DNA of 63,976 nt, the filler included, from Lenisia limosa (Eukaryota; Protista; Breviatea): assembly GCA_001655205.1 (NCBI GenBank). It is 10 parts of 10 records of this genome, joined end to end, with 100 filler letters (N's around TTAATTAATTAA, not from the genome) between each part and the next. Parts side by side here need not be neighbours in the genome. Positions count along the whole stretch, not along the records: positions 11,435 to 37,634 come from LPNZ01009437.1; 9 more parts are not named here. One strand, 5' to 3'. The translations under genes were made by a program, and so were the position numbers. Shown in pieces: positions 11,575 through 23,700 of the stretch. Within the stretch, counting starts at the first letter, position 1, and every line of letters begins with the position of its first letter. The notes under the pieces are model-generated. The model did no database searches. It had not been told where the DNA came from and was given only the letters and a program-made list of their open reading frames with translations.

Positions 11575-14500
11575 CACGTTTCTGCCATAGTTTCCCAGAA
11601 CTGCATTTGTTCTCTCCACTGACGAAGACCCTCTCCGGCACCTGTGGGGTGAGGGGAGGAAAGAAATGGAATGTTGCTTAAAAGGTAATGATAACAAATG
11701 CCCACTCAACAAAACAAAAAAAAGTATGAATGACAGTTAATGATTTTTTTCTTTGTCAACAGAGGAAAAAAAAAATAATAATAAAAAAGGAGTTTCTTGA
11801 TATCATAAAAATATTGACTCATCCCCCCCCCCCCCNNNNNNNNNNNNNNNNNNNNNNNNNNNNNNNNNNNNNNNNNNNNNNNNNNNNNNNNNNNNNNNNN
11901 NNNNNNNNNNNNNNNNNNNNNNNNNNNNNNNNNNNNTTCTCTCGCGAAGGTCGTCGAGGCCGAAGAGCGTCTCGGGGGACCGGATGAAGATCTGAAGGGT
12001 GAGGGGTGGGGAAAGAGTTGGCATATGGGAGGACGAGATTTTGAGGTTTTTGAAGGTAAATGAATAAGCATGATGGTGTGATAAAAAGTATCACATGATA
12101 TGCCATATCACACCGAAACGACTACAAAACATGACCTATTCTCAAAACCAAGGAGGGCAGGGCATACCTTTGTCTTTCCGAGTCTCCACTCGTCTTGGTC
12201 CACACCGACTGCGTTGAGGACCTGAGGTGGGTGAGGGTCAATGCAGGGATATTTACAACAACAAATTAAAACCTAACCAAATATGTTGGCGTTACTCTTA
12301 TATGGTTATCGAGTTTTTAGAAGTGCTTAAAAGGGTGCAAAACAGTCGAGAATGGGAAGATGGAACTGAATCCAACCCCTCGAACCTTGACGCAACCGTC
12401 CTTGGCCGGCCCCCTGAAGCCCTCCATGGAAATATGGCACACAATGTAGCGGTTGAGGAAACGTTGGAAGTCGCCACGATAGGCGAAACCCGCACGACGC
12501 ACGCGAATGNNNNNNNNNNNNNNNNNNNNNNNNNNNNNNNNNNNNNNNNNNNNNNNNNNNNNNNNNNNNNNNNNNNNATGTGATCTTGGAATCTTTTCAA
12601 TCAAGAGCAGTCACAGACCTGATGGGCGACACGGGCGGTGTCGTAGTCGTGAGCGGCCTTGGATTCGTTGGGCTTGATACAGCGCACGTACCAGGGGCGG
12701 CAGCTGGGCGATTAGTACAAGAAATCGTGGAGAGGAGGAGACAGGGATAATGGTGATGTTTGTTTTGCGATAGAAAGCAGGTGCTCAGAAGCAGGCCGAA
12801 TAAGAGCAAATGAACCCTTCAGCCTACGCCTTCAGCTTCTTGACTAGCAGCTCGGACTGGCTCACAATCTTGCCTCCTAAAGGATGTTAAGAAAAGAAAC
12901 AGTAAATGCACTCCACCCCCCCCCCTCGCAAAAAAGGTAAAAACAGTCACTGCCGCCCCCACCAGCAGTAGTCATCTTGCGGCCGACAGCACCGGCCTCG
13001 GCAAAGAGCATGGGAATCAGGCTGACGCTCGACATCTGCATGACCTCCACCATGTCCTTCGAGAGAACGTCCTTGTTCTATGGGGGGGGGGGGGGGGNNN
13101 NNNNNNNNNNNNNNNNNNNNNNNNNNNNNNNNNNNNNNNNNNNNNNNNNNNNNNNNNNNNNNNNNNNNNNNNNNNNNNNNNNNNNNNNNNNNNNNNNNNN
13201 NNNNNNNNNNNNNNNNNNNAGCCCAAAGTCAACTCTTTGACAACACACGAGGGTTGGTAACAACAAAACAAACAAAGCCCAGGCCTGGGGGGTAAGGGAG
13301 AAAAGAGAAAATATGAACTCTCTTCGGGGGTCTGTATCACTGTACTGAAAAAAACTTCACGAAAAAACGCACTTTTTCTGCGAAGCCACCCTCTCCAATC
13401 TTGGCAGCAGTAGTGTAGGTCACATCTCCAGCGTAATGCTGCTGGTAAACCAAGGAAATGTCCATTCCAAATATTGGCATAAGGTATTTGTCATGGGGAA
13501 AATCCAAAAAAAAAGGAGTATTAGCATCAAATGATCGAATCCAGATCTGCAACACGGTCAGCTTACCTTGATGATGAACTGACGGCCGCGGGAGATGAAG
13601 TGACGGGATGAGAGGGAAGTCTGCACCTTCTGCAACGGGTGAATTCCATACTGCAGACACGTGGGAAGCAGGCAATATAGCTACATGTAATTTCACTGCT
13701 ATGACCCCCTAAACAAATACTGGAATTGAGATAGTAAATCCAGAGATTTTGAAAACTGCAATAAAGCCAAGCCGGACCTGGAGGAACTTGTCATCGACAC
13801 CGTCAGCCTCAGCATGTGCGGTTTTGCAGACGTCATCGAGGAGTGCGAACATGCCAGGGGGGCGGCGTCCTGATGGGTTAGTGCCTTTGTTTGGTGGTGG
13901 TAGCATTTATGGACCCCCNNNNNNNNNNNNNNNNNNNNNNNNNNNNNNNNNNNNNNNNNNNNNNNNNNNNNNNNNNNNNNNNNNNNNNNNNNNNNNNNNN
14001 NNNNNNNNNNNNNNNNNNNNNNNNNNNNNNNNNNNNNNNNNNNNNNNNNNNNNNNNNNCGAGAAAAAAAAACGCAAAATACTTGTTCACGGACCTTCCTT
14101 GACGTACTCCTCCTGCTCGGTCTTGAGGGTGAGCTCAATGAAGATCTGCTGCAGCTTCTCATTGACGTACTGAAGGGTGAGTAAACATAGGCGATGGTGA
14201 TATGACAGCGTGTCAACATAGCAAGTGTAGCGGCTTGTCACTCTTTTTACTCTTTTTAGAATGGGGCTTATGAGAACCAATCCCAATAGAGTCTGAAAAA
14301 CACACAGAAAACNNNNNNNNNNNNNNNNNNNNNNNNNNNNNNNNNNNNNNNNNNNNNNNNNNNNNNNNNNNNNNNNNNNNNNNNNNNNNNNNNNNNNNNN
14401 NNNNNNNNNNNNNNNNNNNNNNNNNNNNNNNNNNNNNNNNNNNNNNNNNNNNNNNNNNNNNNNNNNNNNNNNNNAACTAAACAGTAAGTGGAAGTGGAAG

Positions 14501-17500
14501 CTAAATGGTTCAACACGTGGTGAAAAAGGAAAACAAGACAGAATACCATCATACTCCGTATATGTCAAGGATGGAGAGGTACATCTCTCCCTGGGCGTCG
14601 ATAGAACTGTTGACCTTCTTAATGAGCCAGTCGAACATACGCGAGTAGGCGGCCTGGAACGTCATGTGTGTAAACATGGCCATAATAAATTGATAAGACG
14701 CGGTTGATCCATACCACTTTTAAAATAAAGATGGAACCATCGATTGGTAAATAAACACAGATAGGAAAACACACTGCCGATATGATAACCATAGCCCCCC
14801 CCCCCCNNNNNNNNNNNNNNNNNNNNNNNNNNNNNNNNNNNNNNNNNNNNNNNNNNNNNNNNNNNNNNNNNNNNNNNNNNNNNNNNNNNNNNNNNNNNNN
14901 NNNNNNNNNNNNNNNNNNNNNNNNNNNNNNNNNNNNNNNNNNNNNNNNNNNNNNNNNNNNNNNNNNNNNNNNNNNNNNNNNNNNNNNNNNNNNNNNNNNN
15001 NNNNNNNNNNNNNNNNNNNNNNNNNNNNNNNNNNNNNNNNNNNNNNNNNNNNNNNNNNNNNNNNNNNNNNNNNNNATTTAGAAATATTTCCATGTCTAGG
15101 GCTTCACTAAGAATATCGATATTTATCGAGGATTTATCGATAAATTCACTAGTGTTATCCAAAAGAGAGATAATATAGCATTGCCCACCATAGGAGTCCT
15201 GGACAACGGCGTTATCACTGTTTCCGCTCTCAACGAACTGAACGTTACCGGTCCACAGGATGGCGGCGAGAAGTTGGAAGACCTGCTGGATCTCCTCGGG
15301 GGACAGGCCGACGACTTGCATGGCGTGCTAGGGGGGGGGGGGTAAAATGGAAGGGAACTTCGATGAAGAATATTGGCACACGGTGCTAATCACAAATAGA
15401 ATAATCAAAGTATATGAAAAAAGTTATGAAAAATAAAACAAAAGCTAAGCGATTCCTCACTAAATCCCATTTTACAACATGATGATAAGAAAGCAAATAA
15501 TCTAACTGTGGCTACACTGATAACTCGATGGCATAACGCATACCACAGCAACCTTGTTGTAACCAATTCCAACGTATCACAGCACCTTGTAATCCAATTC
15601 CAACATACCACGGTGGCGTTGTACTCCTTGACATCGTCCATGCCGTCAACAGAAAAGCAGCCACTGTTGTAGAGGTAGAAGAAGTCCTCGGGAGAAGTAA
15701 GGCCCCAGGCTTCTGCATGGCGTTAATGGTGATTAATTCAACTACAATTTTGAAGAGGGGGGGGGGGNNNNNNNNNNNNNNNNNNNNNNNNNNNNNNNNN
15801 NNNNNNNNNNNNNNNNNNNNNNNNNNNNNNNNNNNNNNNNNNNNNNNNNNNNNNNNNNNNNTGAACCATATTCAATAGGAAGGGGAAAATAAAGAATCCA
15901 AATTGAGCCAGTACAAAGAGTGACAGTTTAATATAGCACTATGAACAAAAACCCAAGAGCCCAACGCACCCTTTTCTTCGGCAGAGGAGCCAGCAAGAAG
16001 CTGATAGAAGATATGGAAGTTACGCTCGCCTCTGAGCTGGCTGATGATACGCGACTTCTCAAGGAGGAAGTTGGAGATACGCCCACTGGGGAGTTAGTCA
16101 TACAGAATGTCTATCAATAATATCTCACGAATACGACAGATTAGAGCCCTACCCAAGAGGAGATCCAGCGCGGGAGAAGATGATTTCAAGGTATTTTCCA
16201 AAACGGGATGAGTTGTTGTTACGGAGGGTCTTAGCATTACCTAGAGGAAGAAGTCAGTGAGATTTTAAGTGGTAAATCTCCGAGAATAAAAGTGACCATC
16301 AAAGAAATGAAAAAAAAAAAAATTAAAAAAAAACAATTAATAGAGGAACTGCCGACAAAAACATACCGAAGGATTCGAGGAGGGGGTTGGACTCCAAGAT
16401 AATGTTCTTTACGTGGTCGACACCCTTAAAGGTCAAATATCTAATACGCGCTGCTTAGGGTGAGCATCCAGTTTTTTTATACAGAACAGCAAAGCGCCAG
16501 GAATTTAGAGTCAACGCTACGACGACTGTCATAATCAGCACCAACCTTCTCAGATCCAGAGACAGCAGCAACATGGTTCATGATAAGCTTGGAGGCCTCG
16601 GTCTTACCAGCACCAGACTCACCACTACAGAGGATAAGCAATACGTCGATTTGGAACAAAGGTTCTCAGTTATGAAATCGGAAGAACGCAGTTGCTCCCC
16701 CACAATAAAACGGACAGGAAGAATGAAAGGAGTCACTCAATGTAAAAGAGTGGAGAAAACGATATTGCCCCTACATACGAAATAATGACAGACTGGGACT
16801 CGGCATCGTCAACCATATGGCGGTACATAGAGTCAGCAAGCCAGTAGACGTGAGGAGGGAGATCTCCCTGGTTAGCACCACGATACTTTCTGATATATTC
16901 TGGTCCGACATCGTACATGCGTTTGAAGGGGTTGACAGACACAATAACACTGAAATGTTAGTCAATACACTGTGTAAAACAATCCCGGGATGTCCCCGCT
17001 GGTTTAGCGGCCTGATGTAATACTTCCAAATCCCCCTCCCCATCCCAATCATTGCTCTATTGGCACAAATACCATGATAATAGTGAGAGATTCCTGGTAA
17101 TATTTACTTGGATGTCCGACACGCTAAGGGGGGGGGGGGGGGNNNNNNNNNNNNNNNNNNNNNNNNNNNNNNNNNNNNNNNNNNNNNNNNNNNNNNNNNN
17201 NNNGATATCCCGCTCACGGTCCAATGTATGTGTAGATAGAGTCGTTGAAATAACGCTCGGAGGTGTTCTGTACAATGCTGTCGATAGAGAGCTACATGGT
17301 AAAAAGTGGGTTGTTACAAGGTAGAATATCATTTATAAACGTTAGAAAAAACAGAAGAAAAAAATAATAATAATCAACGTGGACCTCTGGCGATAAATTA
17401 CTTACTATTGCGAGATTGGAATTGTTGTTCGTTGACGTACCGTTGGAAGGAGAGTGAGATCGTCAACGGCGCCCTTCACAACACCCTTGCGGAAAGTCTG

Positions 17501-18816
17501 ATCCAACTTCTCTTCCTCTTCCTGGGGCTAAAACACTGTCAACCAAGCAAATCCTCAAAAATAGCTCTACGGCTGCAAGAAACGATTCTCTGTTTCGAAA
17601 GTAGCTCACAGGGGGAGGGGGTCTTTTGACGACGATGTTGGCTCCGCCGCCGCGACCGCGACCGCCACGGCCACCGCGAGCACCACCTCGGCCACTGTAA
17701 CGTCAGGACTGTTTCAAACGTATTGCATGATCAAGGGCAGGGTCAAGGGATGTTGTTCAAAGGAGGATGTAAAGATTAGCTAAAATATACACATAAAGTT
17801 TTAAACCATAAAACTGTAATTGGTAAAATATGGCGAACACTATTATTTTTTTAAAAAAATATCAGCACGTACCTTGGGGGAGGAACAGCAGGGCCACGAG
17901 CAGCAGCACCACCACGACCAGGGGCAGCAGGGGCGGCTCCACGGCCGCGTCCACCGCCACGGGCTGTGAGTGTGATGATTGGTGGTAATGGGATGGTCAG
18001 GTCAGAAGATCGGTCTGAACCGAGCCAAGGTGACACTCATGAAAAACACTGTGATCATCAATCATTCGTAATTCTAGCAAGCTGAGAAACAAAACAACAT
18101 AACACCTACAAGTGATACATTGGAGAGGAAAATACATCACAGGCCACACCAACCAGCGCCTCTTCCAGGGGCAGGAGCAGGGCCTCTACCAGGAGCGGCA
18201 GGGGCAGCTCCACGACCGGGCGCAGCAGGAGCAGCACGTCCACGTCCAGGGGCTGCGGGGGCAGCACCTCTGCCAGGTGCGGCGGGAGCGGGAGCGCGGC
18301 CTGAAGGAGATAAGATGAGAAGTTACGGATTAGAATGAAAAGCTCTTAATATGAAAGAGAAGATTATTTAACAGAAGGAATGGAGGGAGAAAGCGCCCAA
18401 GAGATCATGAAAAAAAGAGAGGCCATCAACAGCGTCACAGTTGGTGTGATGTTGATTAGTTGTGGCGATTTCAAGAAATATTGCATCGTATCCCGCCATA
18501 AATGCTGATTCTCCGAAAAATAAAATTGAAAGAATGCTTGTACTCAACAAAGCCCACTAATATTAATCCAGATTACTGTAAAATTTACGAAGGAGGTGAC
18601 ACCATCAATAAAAAGAAGATACATAGTCAAAAAAAATGCTGATTCCCTCAAAACCAAACCAACCAGGGGGAGCAGCAGCACCACCTCTACCAGGGGCAGC
18701 ACTAAAGAAGTGTCATAAACAAATAGAGCGATAGAGGTAGGAGTTTAAACCAACCGAGGGGGAGGACCCCGAGGAGGGGGACCACGTGGGGGAGGAGCTC
18801 TTCCTGGAGGAGGCAT
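11575..18816 (-). CDS. MYO1: Class I (unconventional) myosin heavy chain, multi-exon, with N-terminal G/P/A/R-rich extension; tail truncated at the assembly linker at 11335-11434
   Basis: Spliced exons give [44 protein letters not shown]-loop SGESGAGKT (~16600), [38 protein letters not shown]...[23 protein letters not shown]...[79 protein letters not shown] and neck FWETMAET (~11580). These are established myosin-I motor signatures. Some exons fall in N gaps. Confidence 0.95.
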
Positions 18817-19204
18817 TGCTGCTAACTAATCCAAACAGGGATTCACAAAAAAACAAAACAGAGAAAGGGAGTTAATACTTCACTTTCTTCTTGAGTTTAC
18901 CTAAATATACGACGTATATAGCTAAGAACGTACGTCTAACTAAAATGTTATTTTTTTTTCGTGAAGTCCTTTTACGGTGGCGGTATGAAAGTATGACAGA
19001 CATCTTACCTCTCTCTTTACCTTTTGTCCCTCCTTCCTTGTTAGTAAGTAGGGGTATAAAAATTACTATTTGAAAGAGGGTTAAATAAGTCAATACTCTT
19101 TTGTATTTGTATTACCCAGTGATCTATTATTTATTCAAATGATCAAATAACTCGAGTTAACAAGTACCAATCAAGTAACGTTCACCTCGCTTTGGAAGGA
19201 TTAA

Positions 19205-20374
19205 ATGAGTAAATGTAATTGGTGTTGGGAGCCCTTGGAAATTGAGAGCACAGTGTGCCTCACTCCATGCTCTCATATTTTCTGTCATGAACATTCCAAT
19301 AAACTGCAGCACCAGTGTCCATGTTGTGACACAATTCTATCAAGGTTTGTCAGCCTGCACATTTTGGCGTTTCACATTTAGAGACCAATTGGTGTTCAAG
19401 AAATTAACTGATGATCCGCTTTTTCTTCATGGACACTCGTTGAGCTATATTGTCAATCTGACAACAAAGGTCATATACATTGATGTCAATTACCATTCAG
19501 GCCATGGGATTTGCAAACTATCAACATCTCACTGAACTCAATATCATCAAAGACCAAGCCAAAAATGATCATGTTTGAAAGTGCTTTTGTTTTAACTCAC
19601 TGATATAGAGTGGAAAGATTCGTGATCAACTGAAGCAAAGTTTGTTTTTCGTAAATGCCTGACACTTTAGCAACATACCAACTTCAAGAAACAACTAGGA
19701 TGCTTCAAGACAAGGATAGGTCATTGTTTTTCTTCACTTTAGGGAGTTTAGCATGTTAAAGTCTTTTGTGAAAAACGTTTCTCAAAAGTATAATATCAAA
19801 GTGCGTATCCATGTCAATCATCTATAACTTGTAGATTCCGCCCCAGGTCTTTGGTGAAAAAGAGAACAGCCTAGCGCTGTACAGACCGCCATCATCAAGG
19901 GATAGGGAAAGTGATCAAGGTGGATACTCCAGTCGACGGAGCAGTGTAGTTCCTAGTACTCCAGTACTTCCGTCAAGATCTCCAATGAAGCGCGTGGGTT
20001 TGCTGTATCAAATAATCTCATAATAATCCTCCTTTGGTTTGAAATTATGCCTAGTATCAAACTTTAACCTTCAACAGGAATCTTCGCGTCCCCCAAGCAT
20101 TGTTCCGCACATGGGCTTCAGTAGCAGATCTTCATCTGTCCGACCAAAATCGGTAGGCTCAACATATTTCAGTAACCCCAATTGCATACCCCATCAATCC
20201 TCTGTAACACAGCCCCGCTATTCTCTTTCCCAACCTATTCCTTTTCACACCTTCAAGGCTGTGAGTGGGAGCTTTGCATTCCCCTCGCGCCCCCAGCGCA
20301 ATAAAAGACACTCGTCACACTATGTCAAAGCTGATGTCCCTGCAACACCCATTCTGAAGTTCAATTACAGATAG
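19205..20374 (+). CDS. HEI10: HEI10/CCNB1IP1-family meiotic RING E3 ligase (ZMM crossover factor)
   Basis: ATG at 19205: MSKCNWCWEPLEIESTVCLTPCSHIFCHEHSNKLQHQCPCCDTILSR, then LFLHGHSLSYIVNLTTKAMGFANYQ, a coiled-coil segment and an S/P/R-rich tail ending at the ORF stop at 20374. This matches the HEI10 pattern (MRCNxCW...TxCxHxxCxxx...CPxCxxxL...LxGxxPxxI...AxxFxxYQ). The hand-spliced exons give a continuous frame. Confidence 0.8.
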
Positions 20375-20797
20375 ACTTAACCCCCCTCTCCTTACTCGTT
20401 GTAAAATAGTAATATGTATGATATATTTTCACAGTCCTACAAGTCTGACACATCAATACGATTAGTGGGGGGAGCGTTTCCATCTAGAGTGTGACTCAGA
20501 GAGAAGGTGCAATAAATACCATGTGGGAATGCGCTGGTTAAAACAACATTAAATCAAGAAATCAAGAAATCGACACAAACACTTCCTTTCAAACACATGT
20601 CGTATTAGGGGAGGCAGGGGATTAGAAATGTGGTGGGTGGTGTTTGTTTCTAGAATAATGTACCCCGAACACACTTCTGTTTAGCTGAGTAGCTGAGAAA
20701 AACAAAACACACACACACACACATAAAAAAAAATGGGGATGGAGAAGAGTGGGTAGAAAGTAAGCCTAGACAAAAAAGCAAAATCCATTTGAATTTA

Positions 20798-23700
20798 TCA
20801 AATTTTACTCAAAAGAAAAAGATTTTGGAAGCGAGGAAGAGTGGAAGCAACAAGATCACTAAAGGGGAAGAAGCCATGTAGACAAAACGAGAAGTCTTCC
20901 AAGAACCAACCTTCAACTCGCTTTATCACATATTGGAGATGGGTGATCATGGTGTTGAGAAGGGGGAGGGTATCAGTAGAAAGGTTTGCGCCATTTTCTC
21001 CAACGAAGTTGCTCAGGCGTCTGTGAATCTGCTCATGTGACAATGATCTTCTCCATGAGACGTCGACTGTATCCATATTGCCTATCTATCAAATAAATCA
21101 GTCTATATCTGCTCAAAGCAAGCCAGTAGGTTAACAGAGGTGACGTGTAGAGGTGAGAAGGGGGTTCTTTAATGCAACACGGTTCTTTCAGTGGATCTAC
21201 GACTTCTGCTGTATTGTGCGGTGTTAAAATTAATTTATTACGTATATATTAGAGGCAAAGGGGTTTATTAGAAGAAAAAAATATGACATAAATTTTCACC
21301 AGTACAAATATTTATATGGGGAGACCTATATTCCTTCTCGACCAACTCAACCAACTCTCAACCATCTGCCACTCTGCACAAACTCTGCAACAAATTCATT
21401 GCGAATTGCGATTCGAAACGGATTACTTTTAATTTAACAAATTGCACAACATATCTATGCATCTGTGCATACAAATGAAGATTGAAGATACAAAGATACA
21501 TAACAAAACTAACTGAGTAATAATAATAATAATAAACTAAAATTTCCATGATGACCATAACATTCCCAACAACGGTAATAAAAATAATAGCACAAATAAA
21601 ACAACACAAAATAACAGTACGATTGTAACTAAAATGGCACCGCGGGGATAAAAAAAGCGAGGTCCTCTTCGTCCTTTGCGAACTCTTCATAAGACTTGAC
21701 AACAGGGGTTGGTGCTGGACCAAATGGCTCGTAGAGGGTCTGTTCAATGCAAAGCTGGTCTTGCATTGTACTAAATGGTCAGTTGATCTGAATATGAACA
21801 GAAACTGAGATGTACATATTTCACTAGCTTCTAAAAGCTGTAGATATAAAGAGAGAATAATACAAAACAATATGTTGCGTACTATGAAAGCTCAACAGGA
21901 TTGGAGGGCAAGGGGTTCAAGAGAGGGACAGCAGTGAGCGACAAGCGAGAGGGTACCGTGGAGAGAGCGTCTCCCATTCCAGCCAGAGGATGGCTAGTTG
22001 ACTCTGGTTTCTAAGGGGTAAAAAGAGGAAAGCGATAGAACCGTGTTTGTTTTTTGATGGAAGGTCAAGGTTCTATATCAACCACTTACCGAAGCATTGA
22101 AGGGTGTGGATGCGGATGAAAGGATGATTTGGTTGAGGAGGGTATTCTCATGGGTAGTGACTGCCTTCATCAAGTTCATGAATTGGAGGAAGCTGTCGCC
22201 TTGGGTCATAGGTACTTGGGCCTAGTGGGTGAAAAAGTGGTGTTCAAGGGGGGCGGGGGCGGGGGGGTATTGGAGAAGTGGAAGTATAATCCTTAAGAAA
22301 TGAGAAACACTCCACAAAAAAACAAGACAAGTCAATTTTGAGGTTTAGTTTGAATCTGAACAAGGAGGGGTGTTTGCCACTAACCGCGGCTGGAATGAGG
22401 AAAAGGGGCTGAAGAATGGGAACAGAAAGGCCGAGAGCTCGATAGGCTGCTTTGAGGAGAATCAAACCGCGATTAGCCAGCGGGTTGAGCATTGGGATCA
22501 AACCTGGGAGGGAGGGGGGGGGGGTAAGCCATTATAGGATATGGAAAAATCATACCCTTTCTAAAACTCTGAAAGAAAAGAAAAAAGTAATCTTATGATG
22601 AAAGATTGCTACATGTCATACGATACTCCATATTTGATAAGCTAATACTAATACGTATCATATACTGTGTTGATTAATCACTTAAAAAGGTAGTATTCTT
22701 CTGAGATAGACACAGTATCCCCCAGCCCCATACTGGCAGTGAAAATCAAGCGGGTCATATCATTCAAGAGGTCAGACTAAAAAATGAATAACATGAGTGG
22801 AGGGAGGCACATATAATCGATTAACCCACTCTTTTCGCGTCAACAAATAACTTGATGAAGAGATGAACCTCATGAAAGCGGTACATATACGTCATGACGA
22901 GGACTGGTAAGGACTCCTATATTGTCACAGGGAAACATATCATAACTCATATTATTCTAACACTGTATCCATTATAGAGAATGAGTTTTAATAACGATGT
23001 GTTCAAGAGTACGTGGCCTGAGGTAACATTTAAAACGGAGCTGTGCTAGAGAAATGCTTCAAACATTATTCAAAACAATTGATGAAGTTCAATATTATGA
23101 GAACTGACTTGAGTAACTATTACAGCACCCACCTTCATTGAGTTAAGATAGAACTCAGCCTCGCCAGTAGCTCCATTGAAGTCCTTCAGAATCCACTTCA
23201 CAAAGAGAACGCTCAGTCCTAAAAAAACGGGGTCATCAGGAGAAAGGGTAGTACTATTACCAAGCAACCCCCCCCCCTCCATACGCATTCGGGTTCCATC
23301 AGCAATATAGTTAGGGTTCAGGGGGCTGATGTCATTTTTGACCACTTCTGCAATTGCCTATGTGGTGTAAAATACTACAAAGTTGTAAATAAACATGACC
23401 AACAGTGTCTTTCATATAGATATATCATTTGAAATATAAAACATGCATTGTCGGGTAGCTACAAGAAGGTTTGGTCTATCACCTTAAAAGCAGCGAAAGC
23501 TTCTTTGATGACACAGCCATTCGCGCACTGAGGATGGCCTTCACAAACAGCATGACATCCCTTTTCGCTCACAAGAGAGGGAAAGGTTGATCTGAGTGGG
23601 AGGGGGGTATGAGAGATAAAAACTCCAAACAAACCAAAAAAACATTCAATAACAAACACGGGCAACCAACACTAAAACTAGACAAAACCAGATGACAAAA

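Noticed and set aside
17108-17123. Possible 16-nt micro-exon (TAG|CGTGTCGGACATCCAA|GTAAAT) in a myosin intron
   Set aside because: Inclusion would shift the frame of the conserved [12 protein letters not shown] motif. Treated as intronic.
18120-18338. Plus-strand ORF with [13 protein letters not shown] repeats (WASP/collagen-like)
   Set aside because: Antisense shadow of the minus-strand myosin exon at 18154-18300, which has proper AG/GT ends and matching phases.
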